A DNA stretch of 64,000 nt from Chloroflexota bacterium (GTDB taxonomy: Bacteria; Chloroflexota; Anaerolineae; Aggregatilineales; J027): positions 192,009 through 256,008 of the forward strand of contig JABFGB010000005.1 of the NCBI GenBank assembly GCA_013112715.1, read 5' to 3'. Every line of letters starts with the position of its first letter. Position 1 is the stretch's first letter. The position numbers and the translations under genes are program-made. Shown here piece after piece: positions 49,503 through 58,998 of the stretch. A model generated the notes under the pieces. The model saw only the letters and a program-made list of their open reading frames with translations, did not search any database and was not told the origin of the DNA.

Positions 49503-52193
49503 GTGAAATCGCCCCACTTTAGCTTAACCGGTAGTGTACTGCTGGTGGTCATGTTGTTGGTAAGTGTACTGCCAACGGCCCATGCCCAAAACAATACGCC
49601 TATCTCTTTGGCCCTGCCGAGTTTTTGGCAGAACATCATGGGAGAGGAGTTTTTAGCTGATTTTGAGACCCAATATGGTGTGGATGTCTATGTCAACTAC
49701 GTAGATACAGGGTTTTCTTCGGCCAACGACATCGCCACCTTTTTGGACGATGGTCAAGACTATGTGAGCCAAGCCGACGTGCTGTATGTGGATGATTCCA
49801 CATTAACACCCGAACGCACCCGCGCCGGATTCTTCCTTGATCTGGCCCCATTGATTGCCAGTGACGGGTCATTGGATACCAACGATTTTTATGTTGCCGC
49901 CCTGCAATCCTTCCAATGGGATGCGGGGGTGTGGGGGCTACCCACTGCAATGGATGTCATCCTCATCACGTATGATGCCGCCGCCTTTGACGAAGCGGGT
50001 TTGGCCTATCCCACCTCCGCATGGACAATGGATGATTTTGCCAATGCCGCCCGTGTTTTGGCCCAAGTGGATGCCAGTGGCGCGGTGACTGTACCCGGAA
50101 TGTCCGTCCAAACCTTTGGAGATAATCTGGGGCTGTTTTTGCGGACGCTGCTGTCACACGGCTTGTATGACGACAGCACCCTGCCGAATAACCCCTCATT
50201 TTCGGACCCTGCCCTTGAGACCCTTTTGACCACATGGAAAGAACTCGTAGATGAGGGAGTTGTCGGTACGAGCTTTGGGGAAACATCCGACCAAATTCCG
50301 CTGCGTATTGAGCAGAGCATCGGTCTATCTGGTTTCGGCCCTGATTCAGTCCAACGCAGTGCAGCATTACTTCCCGGTGACACCGTTGGCTTGACCGTTG
50401 AGGGCTTCGCGGTGAGCAGTGGTACACAAAACCCTGAATTAGCCTACGAATTGGTCAAATATCTGACGACCCGCCCCGAAATTGCCAATTCTTTCCAAAG
50501 CGTCAGTCCTGCCCGTCGTAGCATGGTGGGCGTAGAGGCAAATCCTAACGATGGGTCGGGTGGTCCCGTCATCCAGATTGGGCGCGGTGGCAATCTCTCC
50601 GAAGAAGCACAGGCCCTTTTTGATCAAGCTGTGGAAAAAGCCCTGCCTATATCGGAAACCCGTTTCGCCGATTACCTCAGCTTCGCCCTACAAAAAATGC
50701 AGAGCGATGGACTAGATGCCCACAGCGCCCTCCAAGAAGTCGAACTCGAAGCCATGACCGCCATGCAAGCTGCCGATGAGCGCCGCAATACGGTCACCAT
50801 TTCGATTATTCCACCGCCCGAACCTGTCGTCCTTGCCCCCGGCGAAGTCGCCCTGAATTTTGGTATGGCGTCCTCATTTATCATGATTGGCCCCGGTGGT
50901 GGGTTGCCCAATCAGGAACAATGGGATCAGATTTCGCAGGATTTTGCTGCCAGTGACCCCGATGTGGGAGCGGTGAATGTCGAGCAAGCAATGGGGCGGT
51001 CATTGGAAGAGTTGGCGCAACAATATGATTGCTTCACCCTCGGTTACAATGCAGTTTCGGGTGATTCTAACCTCAGCAGCATTTTGAGTCTCGACCCCTT
51101 CCTTGACACCGATCTCAATTTTGACCGAAACGACGTCATTGGGAATACCCTATCCCAATTGCAGGTAGACAACAAGACATGGGCCTTGCCGATTGGGATT
51201 CAAGCCGATGTGCTGCGCTACGATACCGAGCTATTTAGTAATGCGGGTGTGCCACTGCCCGACGGTGGCTGGACAGTGGATGAATTTGCCGACGCGCTGG
51301 AATCCTTGCAATATGGGCTGGGTGATTCTGCCGCCTTCCAACCACTCGATCCCGGCGGTACCTATCTGTTGATGCTCATCGCGGCCTATGGTGGATTGCC
51401 GATTGATTATCGGACTGAACCCCCGACCATCAATTTCATCGACCCCGCGACAGTAGATGCCATCCGTCAAGTCTTGGATTTAGCCAAAAATGGTTATATC
51501 GAATATCAGGAACTCGGTGGCAACACTTTCGCCGTCTCCATTGGTGGCAGCGATGGTATAAACACCATTGCCATCACCACCGACAGCCTCAGTCCTTTCA
51601 GTTTCCGTCGTGGTGGCCCTCCCGGTAGCCAACAAGCCGAAGACACAACCGCAATTGTCAGTTATCCACGTGGCACAACCTATAATGTAGCCTCCTATAA
51701 CATCGTGACGGGTTATGTCAGCGCCACCGCCGAAAATCCCGAAGCATGTTATCGCTGGTTGAGTGAAGTCGCGCAGCACCCCGAACTCTATTCGGCCATG
51801 CCTGCCCGTACTTCGCAACTTAGCGACCCATCCATCACCACTTCTCAAGGGGAAGATTTAACGGCTCTGTACAACGAACTTGCTGCCACCATCAGCGACC
51901 CCAACACCATAACCTTTCCACAATCGTTCCGTGAAAGTGGTTCGCCTGCCAATTTCGCCAGAGAGTATTGGCTGAAACAGGCGTTTGACCGCTACGTGTT
52001 GGAGGACGCAGACTTGGAGACGGAATTGGCGCAGGCCCAGCAGTACACCCAAGACTACATTAGCTGTATCAGCGACCTGCCGCCGTTTGATCCTAGCAGT
52101 ACCGACCAGAATTACATGCAGGATTATTTCGGGCAAATCACGACTTGTGCAGCAACCGCCGACCCGAATTTCCCGCTACCCGGTCAGGAATAA
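49503..52193 (+). CDS. Secreted protein with two tandem family-1 solute-binding domains
   Basis: Signal peptide ...VLLVVMLLVSVLPTAHAQ. Two MalE-like units, each with W(G/A)LP... and WT(M/V)D(D/E)FA motifs. Confidence 0.65.
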   Translation: MKSPHFSLTGSVLLVVMLLVSVLPTAHAQNNTPISLALPSFWQNIMGEEFLADFETQYGVDVYVNYVDTGFSSANDIATFLDDGQDYVSQADVLYVDDSTLTPERTRAGFFLDLAPLIASDGSLDTNDFYVAALQSFQWDAGVWGLPTAMDVILITYDAAAFDEAGLAYPTSAWTMDDFANAARVLAQVDASGAVTVPGMSVQTFGDNLGLFLRTLLSHGLYDDSTLPNNPSFSDPALETLLTTWKELVDEGVVGTSFGETSDQIPLRIEQSIGLSGFGPDSVQRSAALLPGDTVGLTVEGFAVSSGTQNPELAYELVKYLTTRPEIANSFQSVSPARRSMVGVEANPNDGSGGPVIQIGRGGNLSEEAQALFDQAVEKALPISETRFADYLSFALQKMQSDGLDAHSALQEVELEAMTAMQAADERRNTVTISIIPPPEPVVLAPGEVALNFGMASSFIMIGPGGGLPNQEQWDQISQDFAASDPDVGAVNVEQAMGRSLEELAQQYDCFTLGYNAVSGDSNLSSILSLDPFLDTDLNFDRNDVIGNTLSQLQVDNKTWALPIGIQADVLRYDTELFSNAGVPLPDGGWTVDEFADALESLQYGLGDSAAFQPLDPGGTYLLMLIAAYGGLPIDYRTEPPTINFIDPATVDAIRQVLDLAKNGYIEYQELGGNTFAVSIGGSDGINTIAITTDSLSPFSFRRGGPPGSQQAEDTTAIVSYPRGTTYNVASYNIVTGYVSATAENPEACYRWLSEVAQHPELYSAMPARTSQLSDPSITTSQGEDLTALYNELAATISDPNTITFPQSFRESGSPANFAREYWLKQAFDRYVLEDADLETELAQAQQYTQDYISCISDLPPFDPSSTDQNYMQDYFGQITTCAATADPNFPLPGQE

Positions 52194-52211
52194 ATCGGTG
52201 ATGCTGGGGTG

Positions 52212-52250
52212 GAGTGTGCCAAAATTTCGTGGGAGCGTTCCGGCACACTT
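52212..52250 (+). other. Intercistronic hairpin between SBP and permease genes
   Basis: agtgtgcc (52213-52220) / ggcacact (52242-52249), 21-nt loop, no T-run. Confidence 0.35.
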
Positions 52251-52278
52251 CCTCCTTCATCCGTAGGAGATAACGACT

Positions 52279-55038
52279 ATGTTCCGCCTGTTTGACATCT
52301 TGACGCTGGTATTCGAGCGCCTTTGGCAGCACCGGATTTTGGTATTCTGGACACTGCTTGGTCTTTCAACCGCGACGACTCTTGCCCTAAGCCTAACGCT
52401 CTATGTAGATGCGGTCTATAGCAATCTGCTCGACGACCAATTAGGCGACCCACCCTATGCCTTCCGTTTTCGTTATCTGGGGGCTTGGGAGGGCAACATC
52501 TCGCCGCAGGATGTCAGCAGTGCCAGTGCCAGTATCCATCAGGAGTTTGCCCAATCATTCGGTCTGCCTGTCCTGCGTGAAGCCCAATATATCGGCATCG
52601 GTTTTTGGGGGGTTCGCAGCGCCGAAAACAATCTCAATATCGGCAATTACAGCATTGGGACACTCGAAGGGGCGGATGCGCAAATTCAAATTATCTCCGG
52701 GGAATGGCCTGTGGACTCCACCTCGGCGGATGAAATTCCGGCACTCATTTCGGAAGAACTGTTTTATACAACGGGGTTGGAGGTTGGGGATACCCTCACC
52801 GCTACCCGCTCTGGTGGCAAAACCGTCACTCTCAAAATCGCAGCGATGTGGCGGGCGGTCAACGTCAATGATACGTCGTGGATGCTGCCACCCAAATTTT
52901 TTAATGAAGTGCTGCTTGTCCAACCCACCGACCTAAACGCGATGGTCGAGGGCAACGACTCACCGATTGAGGAAGTGGACTGGTACGTCCTATTTGATGG
53001 CACGGGCCTACGTACCTCGGATGTACAAGCCCTGCTGTCAAATATCATCAATGGTGAACGGCACGTCAATGCGACCTTGCCCGGTATCCGCCTCGATATT
53101 TCACCCAAAAGCGGCCTAGAATCCTTTAACCAAGAGGTTAACGAACTGCGCCAACAACTCGTCATCGTAGTGTTACCCGTTGGCGGACTGATCTTCTATT
53201 TCGTGACTATGCTGTCAGGCATGTTGGTGGGTCGACAGCAGCACGAAGATGTGATCTTGAGCAGTCGTGGGATGAGCCGCCGTGCCTTGTTACGTCTACA
53301 TGCACTCATGTGGCTGATTCTGGCAGGGATAGCCCTCGGCATTGGCATCTTCGCCGCGCCCTCGGTGGTGGAATTGGTAGGCCGCACCACCTCATTTTTG
53401 CGTTTTGATAACGCCACTCCTGATTTAAGCATCCAATTTACCCAACAGGCAGTGTTGTTGGGGACAGCTACGGGCCTTATCGCGGCGAGCAGTGGCCTCT
53501 TGATTGCATGGCGCACGACCCGCCAAAGCATCACCAGTTTTAAACAGAGCCAAGCACGGGCAGGCAAGGCGTGGTGGCAGCGCATGTATCTGGATATGCT
53601 GCTGCTGATTCCAGCGGCCTATGTCTTTTATAACCTAAATGCCGAAGGGGGATTGCAGGCCGATGCTGAAAATCCGTTTAGCAATCCACTGGTGTTCCTT
53701 GCCCCGACCCTGTTCTCGCTCGGTCTAACACTGCTATTCCTACGCCTCTATCCCATGCTGTTGAATTTTGGCGCTCGTATCATCGGTGTCACCAGCAGCA
53801 TCGCTTTGTTGATGGCCCTGCGCGAACTGACCCGTTCAATTAGCAGGTATCGTGGGGCGCTCTTGATGATGTGTTTCACCTTGAGCCTAACCGGATTCAC
53901 CGCATCTATGGCGAGCACGCTTGACCGCAGTTTGGAGGACACCATCAATTATGAAATTGGGGCACCATCGGTGCTGGTGGTCGCGTCGGAGGCCCAAACC
54001 GAAACCACCACCAATGACAGCGGCGAAGCGGAAGAGGAATTGGTCGGTTATAACACTCTACCTGCCAGCAACCTCTTGGCAGTGGAGGGCATTGATAATG
54101 TATCACGGGTAGGCCGCTTCAGCACCCAAATTATGCTGAATAATCAGCGCATCAGTGGCACAACACTGGGCATTGATCGGGGCGCACTGGCCGCAATCGC
54201 CTATTTCCGTGACGACTATGCCGACGAAAGCCTGCCCGCCTTGCTGAACAAACTTGCCGGAAATCGCACGGGCATTCTGTTAAACCGCGAAACCGCCGAA
54301 ACCTATCATCTGCTGGTGGGTCAAGAAATCACCATGCAGTATTCGGCGTTGGGTGAGACCTATCAGGCCACCGTACCCATTGTTGGTCTGCTGGATTATT
54401 TCCCGACGCTTGACCCGGCGGACGGCTTTTTTGCCATCACCAATCTTGACCCAATTTTTGAACTGGTTGGGACGGAACTGCCCCATGATGTGTGGATTAG
54501 TCTTGCCCCAGATGCGGATCGGGACGCGGTACAAGCGGGTGTTCAAGCAATCGGCTTCCCGGTGCTGCGCTGGCTCGACCCCCAAGAATCGCTACGTGAA
54601 GCCCAACTTGCGCCGGGGCGACGTGGGGTGCTTGGTTTTCTATCGGTTGGTTTTGTATCGTCCATCGTGTTGACCCTCGTGGGCAGCATTATTCAAAGCA
54701 CCGCTTCATTTCGTGCTCAGGCCCTGCAACTCGGCTCGCTGCGAGCGATGGGGCTGGGCGGAGGGGCGGTTGGCGAATATCTGATTTTTGCACAGGGCAT
54801 CGCCTCTAGTGGCGGTGTCATCGGCGGGACACTTATCGGGACTGCCACCACTCTGCTGTTTTTGCCACTGTTGGATTTTAGCGGAGGTCTGCCTCCCTAT
54901 CTCATCCGCGTGGCATGGGATGAAATCACGTTAGTCTATGGGGTATTTGCGGGAATCCTCATCATTGTAACTTTAATGACCACCGTCCTCCTCAGCCGTG
55001 AGCATCTATCGGCTCTGGTGAAACTGGGGGATGCGTGA
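52279..55038 (+). CDS. FtsX/MacB-type ABC permease with duplicated module
   Basis: Two halves, each with a TM, a large extracytoplasmic domain and three TMs. FtsX loop motifs GRQQHEDVILSSRGMS and FRAQALQLGSLRAMGL. Confidence 0.75.
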   Translation: MFRLFDILTLVFERLWQHRILVFWTLLGLSTATTLALSLTLYVDAVYSNLLDDQLGDPPYAFRFRYLGAWEGNISPQDVSSASASIHQEFAQSFGLPVLREAQYIGIGFWGVRSAENNLNIGNYSIGTLEGADAQIQIISGEWPVDSTSADEIPALISEELFYTTGLEVGDTLTATRSGGKTVTLKIAAMWRAVNVNDTSWMLPPKFFNEVLLVQPTDLNAMVEGNDSPIEEVDWYVLFDGTGLRTSDVQALLSNIINGERHVNATLPGIRLDISPKSGLESFNQEVNELRQQLVIVVLPVGGLIFYFVTMLSGMLVGRQQHEDVILSSRGMSRRALLRLHALMWLILAGIALGIGIFAAPSVVELVGRTTSFLRFDNATPDLSIQFTQQAVLLGTATGLIAASSGLLIAWRTTRQSITSFKQSQARAGKAWWQRMYLDMLLLIPAAYVFYNLNAEGGLQADAENPFSNPLVFLAPTLFSLGLTLLFLRLYPMLLNFGARIIGVTSSIALLMALRELTRSISRYRGALLMMCFTLSLTGFTASMASTLDRSLEDTINYEIGAPSVLVVASEAQTETTTNDSGEAEEELVGYNTLPASNLLAVEGIDNVSRVGRFSTQIMLNNQRISGTTLGIDRGALAAIAYFRDDYADESLPALLNKLAGNRTGILLNRETAETYHLLVGQEITMQYSALGETYQATVPIVGLLDYFPTLDPADGFFAITNLDPIFELVGTELPHDVWISLAPDADRDAVQAGVQAIGFPVLRWLDPQESLREAQLAPGRRGVLGFLSVGFVSSIVLTLVGSIIQSTASFRAQALQLGSLRAMGLGGGAVGEYLIFAQGIASSGGVIGGTLIGTATTLLFLPLLDFSGGLPPYLIRVAWDEITLVYGVFAGILIIVTLMTTVLLSREHLSALVKLGDA

Positions 55039-56393
55039 TGCAGGAGAAATTCGACGATATGAAAAAACATGTTTTCGCTCTGATGGCTTTATTGATGCTG
55101 GTATCGGCCTGCACAAATGGCGATCCGAATACAAACGACCCTTCTGCAACAATTACCTCCATTCCCACCGCGCCCGCTGCGGCACGTCCTAAATACACCG
55201 TGCAGCGCGGTAATGTGGAGGAAATCTTCGAGTTTAGTGGCCGCTGGCAGCCGCGTGACCAGATGGAGTTGTCATTTGAAATTAACGGCACAATCCGCCA
55301 AGTCAATGTACGGCAGGGTGATGCGGTCAGCACAGGTCAGTTGCTCGCTGATTATCAAATCGAAGACCTTGAAGAACAATTGGTAAGCGCCGAACTATCG
55401 CTGGAAACGGCCCAAACCAATTTAGAGACGGGCGCGGGCACCGATGTCCAGTCAGTAGAAGATGCCGAAATCCGCTTGGCGAATGCTAAATTAAGCCTTG
55501 AGCAGACCAAAGCCAGCCGTGATTGGACAGGGGTTGCCAATGCACGGATTTCACTCGATGCTGCCCAACGTGATCTGGAAAACGCCGAACAAGCCTATCA
55601 AGAAGCCCTCAGCCATCCTGAGCAGGGAGCCAGCGCCGTAGATAACGCCTATACCCAACTGCTCAATGCTCAAGATAATCTGCGCCGTGCCGAAAATTCT
55701 TATTTCTCAGCCGCCCAAAGCTACAACAATGCCGAGTTCAACATTAAGCAGCAGGAGAATTCGGTGATTGAGGCGGAACTGGCATTGGAACGGGCGCGAA
55801 GTGGACAAGGCGATCCCAGTGGCCTCGAAAATCTGCGACAGGCCCAATTGAAAGTAGATCAACTCAAAGCCGATATTGCCCGTTCGTCGCTGTATGCCCC
55901 GATTGACGGCGTGATTTTGGAGGTCAGCATCAGCCCCGGCGACCAAGTAACCGCCTACAATGCGGTAATGACCATCGGCCTGCCTGAACCCAAAGAGGTT
56001 ATTGCCAGTCTTGCGATTGGGGACGCCCAAAATTTGAGTGCTGGGATGGTCGGAGTGTGTCAAGTCGCCAATAAACCAGAAACCGCTGTGCAATGTGCCG
56101 TGCGTCGTATCCCCAGCAGTAATCGAGACGCTGACCAAACTACCCGTATCGCGGCAGGTTTTGAAAATTTGACCGACGGTCAATTGATCCAAGTGTATAT
56201 GCCGCTGCAAATCCGCGAAAACGTGCTGTGGCTGCCTCCCGCCGCGATACGCACCTTCCAAAATCGCACTTTTGTGGTGTTGGATACCCCCGATGGACAG
56301 CGTTCAGTAGATGTCGAACTCGGCCTGCAAACCGATGATCGGGTCGAAATTGTTAGCGGGGTCAACGAGGGCGATGTCGTCGTCGGGCCATGA
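55035..56393 (+). CDS. HlyD/MacA-type periplasmic adaptor, lipoprotein
   Basis: Lipobox LMLVSAC, coiled-coil hairpin, beta-barrel/MPD segments. Possible start at ATG 55059 (MKKHVF...). Confidence 0.8.
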   Translation: MMQEKFDDMKKHVFALMALLMLVSACTNGDPNTNDPSATITSIPTAPAAARPKYTVQRGNVEEIFEFSGRWQPRDQMELSFEINGTIRQVNVRQGDAVSTGQLLADYQIEDLEEQLVSAELSLETAQTNLETGAGTDVQSVEDAEIRLANAKLSLEQTKASRDWTGVANARISLDAAQRDLENAEQAYQEALSHPEQGASAVDNAYTQLLNAQDNLRRAENSYFSAAQSYNNAEFNIKQQENSVIEAELALERARSGQGDPSGLENLRQAQLKVDQLKADIARSSLYAPIDGVILEVSISPGDQVTAYNAVMTIGLPEPKEVIASLAIGDAQNLSAGMVGVCQVANKPETAVQCAVRRIPSSNRDADQTTRIAAGFENLTDGQLIQVYMPLQIRENVLWLPPAAIRTFQNRTFVVLDTPDGQRSVDVELGLQTDDRVEIVSGVNEGDVVVGP

Positions 56394-56406
56394 TCGAGGT
56401 GCAAGC

Positions 56407-57339
56407 GTGACGAGTTATATCTACTGCAAAAATCTGGTGCGGGCCTATCAAGTCGGCGGTCACGAGGTTTTGGCGCTCAAAGGGGTAGATTTTTCGATGG
56501 AGCAGGGCGAGATGGTAGCTATTGTCGGGCCAAGCGGCGCGGGCAAAAGTTCCCTGCTCAATCTGTTAGGCGGATTAGACAAACCCACTGCCGGACAATT
56601 GACCGTTGATGGTCTCAATCTGCTTGAACTTAAAGGCAAGCGGCTGGCGGAGTATCGGTTGAAAAGGGTCGGGTTCGTCTGGCAAAACGTCACTCGCAAT
56701 CTGCTGCCGCATCGTTCCGCCTTTCATAATGTGACCCTGCCCATGACTCTTGCCGGGATGTCGCATTGGCAGCGCGGCAAACAGGCCCGTGAATTATTGG
56801 GCGCGGTTGGCCTGAATGACCAAACACACAAACGACCTGCTACTTTATCGGGGGGTCAGCAACAGCGTGTTGCCATCGCCGTCGCCCTTGCCAATCGGCC
56901 TTCGCTGTTATTGGCGGACGAACCCACTGGCGCGTTAGATCGTAAAAACGCGATTCAGGTGATGCAGTTGATTAACGATCTGCGCGGGCGTTATGGCCTG
57001 ACGGTGTTGATGGTAACGCATGACCTTGATATTGCGGCCTATGCGGATCGCACCTTGACGTTACGTGACGGGGCATTAGGCCAAGACGTTTCCCACGCCT
57101 CTGAAGAAATACCCGTGTTGGATACCGAAGGCCGGATTCAGCTACCCGATACCGCCAAATCACAGCTATCCGAAGCAACCCGTATCGCGGTTGAGGTGCG
57201 ACCAGAAGGAATTTTGCTGCGGCCTGAACACGACACTCCCGACGATACCCATCTGCTGCTCAATGAGATGTTCCCACAAGATGCCCCGCCCTCACGACGG
57301 CGTTTCCTGCGACGGGGTAAGAAGCGAGGGGTGGCATGA
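56407..57339 (+). CDS. MacB/LolD-type ABC ATPase with C-terminal AbrB/SpoVT-like extension
   Basis: GPSGAGKSSLLNLLGGL, LSGGQQQRVAIA, LLLADEPTGALD. GTG at 56407 after gaggtg. About 90 extra residues at the C-terminus. Confidence 0.85.
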   Translation: MTSYIYCKNLVRAYQVGGHEVLALKGVDFSMEQGEMVAIVGPSGAGKSSLLNLLGGLDKPTAGQLTVDGLNLLELKGKRLAEYRLKRVGFVWQNVTRNLLPHRSAFHNVTLPMTLAGMSHWQRGKQARELLGAVGLNDQTHKRPATLSGGQQQRVAIAVALANRPSLLLADEPTGALDRKNAIQVMQLINDLRGRYGLTVLMVTHDLDIAAYADRTLTLRDGALGQDVSHASEEIPVLDTEGRIQLPDTAKSQLSEATRIAVEVRPEGILLRPEHDTPDDTHLLLNEMFPQDAPPSRRRFLRRGKKRGVA

Positions 57340-58073
57340 GAAACAATAATCACAAAGGCCCTCCCACAACCCTCTGTGTGACGGTGGCCCGTGTGGAACG
57401 TCGTTTTGGCGATGTTCAGGTGCTGCGTGGGGTAGACTTAAATGTTGAGCGCGGCGAGTTGGCGGCTTTGTATGGCCCATCCGGCAGCGGTAAAACGACA
57501 CTATTGAATTTGATTGGCGCATTAGATCGCCCCACCGCCGGACAAATCGCGTTTTATGGGCAGGATATTTTGCGGATGAATGATCGCGCCCGCACCAAAC
57601 TGCGCCGCAAATCCATCGGCTTTATTTTTCAGAGTTCGACGCTGCTACCAACCTACACGGCCATTGAAAACATTGACCTTGCCCTGCGTTTGCTGAATCT
57701 GAATATCTTTGAGCGCAACCGCCGTGCCAAATCTGCTTTACAAGCGGTCGGCCTCAGCGCATGGGCCAATCACGTCCCCGATGAATTAAGCGGGGGTCAG
57801 CGTCAACGGGTCGCCATTGCCCGTGCCCTCGCCATGCACCCCAAACTTATTCTTGCCGACGAGCCAACCAGCGGATTGGATACACGCAATGCCCGCCGGA
57901 TGTTAGCGCTGTTTCGCAGTATCGCCGCAACGCAGGGTACGACGTTTCTCATCGTCTCCCACGACCCAATGGTCATCGAATATGTAGACCATGCTTACGA
58001 TCTTTTTGACGGGCAGTTAACACCCCGCCTGATTGTCCGAGAAGAAACACCGCAAGAGGAAATCCCATGCTAA
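57336..58073 (+). CDS. MacB/LolD-type ABC ATPase (second, distinct)
   Basis: GPSGSGKTTLLNLIGAL, LSGGQRQRVAIARAL, LILADEPTSGLD. 4-nt overlap with the upstream ATPase. Confidence 0.9.
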   Translation: MRNNNHKGPPTTLCVTVARVERRFGDVQVLRGVDLNVERGELAALYGPSGSGKTTLLNLIGALDRPTAGQIAFYGQDILRMNDRARTKLRRKSIGFIFQSSTLLPTYTAIENIDLALRLLNLNIFERNRRAKSALQAVGLSAWANHVPDELSGGQRQRVAIARALAMHPKLILADEPTSGLDTRNARRMLALFRSIAATQGTTFLIVSHDPMVIEYVDHAYDLFDGQLTPRLIVREETPQEEIPC

Positions 58074-58942
58074 AAATGATTATGAAACAGGGTATGTCGG
58101 CCCTAATGATGATTGTGGCGATGATTGCAGGCGGCATCATCACTCGGCTTGCCATTCCCAGCGATAATGTCACAGATAGTGATTCTACCCCGTATGCTAA
58201 TGTCCAGCAGCAGGAAGCCACTCCGTCGCCTACCGCTTCAGAGACCATTCCGCCGTATACGCCCCTGCCGTCCCTGACGCCCTCGCAGACCCTCAAGCCA
58301 CCCCCTACCTTTGAGCCACCAACACTGACCCCACAGCCATCCTTGACCCCGACCCTGACGCTGACCCCAACCATCCAACTAGATGTATCGGTTCCCGGTC
58401 TCAATGGGGCAGAGACACCAACACCCTCTACCACTCCGGGCTGCGTCCCACGTGAGGATTGGACATTGACCTATACCGTCAAACGGGATGATGCACTGGC
58501 CTTAATCGCCGAGCAGTACAACACGTATGTGGATGAACTGGTCAAAGCCAACTGCCTTAAAGATAAGAATCTCATCGTCATCGGGCAGGTTTTAAGAGTA
58601 CCGGGAACCGCCCAACCCGTCCAAGCCTACGATTGCAAGGTGTGGGAAGTCCTAACCCCGTTTAATGGCACGGTAACGGTAGCAGGGGATGGCCCGATCA
58701 CCTTTAATTGGCGTGGGCCGGATGCGCCCAAATACCTCATTCGCATCTATCGGCCCGACGGCACGGTTTTTGAGCGCTTGGTGGAACTGCGTGAGAATGA
58801 GCAGATTCAGGCCAGCGAAGACCTGCGGCCCGGTGGAACCTACACATGGTATGTTTATCCACTCGACAATAACTTTGTGCAAATCCCCTGTCACGAAGGC
58901 GGCCCATGGCAGTTTACCAAAGAAGCAGCGGGAGGGGCTTGA
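58067..58942 (+). CDS. Membrane-anchored LysM-domain protein
   Basis: N-terminal TM helix, P/T-rich linker, LysM (YTVKRDDALALIAEQYNTYVDELVKAN...GQVLRVP), C-terminal beta-rich domain. Confidence 0.75.
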   Translation: MLKMIMKQGMSALMMIVAMIAGGIITRLAIPSDNVTDSDSTPYANVQQQEATPSPTASETIPPYTPLPSLTPSQTLKPPPTFEPPTLTPQPSLTPTLTLTPTIQLDVSVPGLNGAETPTPSTTPGCVPREDWTLTYTVKRDDALALIAEQYNTYVDELVKANCLKDKNLIVIGQVLRVPGTAQPVQAYDCKVWEVLTPFNGTVTVAGDGPITFNWRGPDAPKYLIRIYRPDGTVFERLVELRENEQIQASEDLRPGGTYTWYVYPLDNNFVQIPCHEGGPWQFTKEAAGGA

Positions 58943-58998
58943 CAGGAAGTCAGCTTGCGCTACGCTGAAAAGAAGTGAGATGTAGTGGAGAGAAATGA

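Noticed and set aside
57973-58434. 153-aa Gly/Val-rich minus-strand ORF opposite the LysM gene
   Set aside because: It mirrors the Pro/Thr-rich linker of the sense-strand LysM protein (complement of CCN/ACN codons), so it is an artefact of low-complexity coding.
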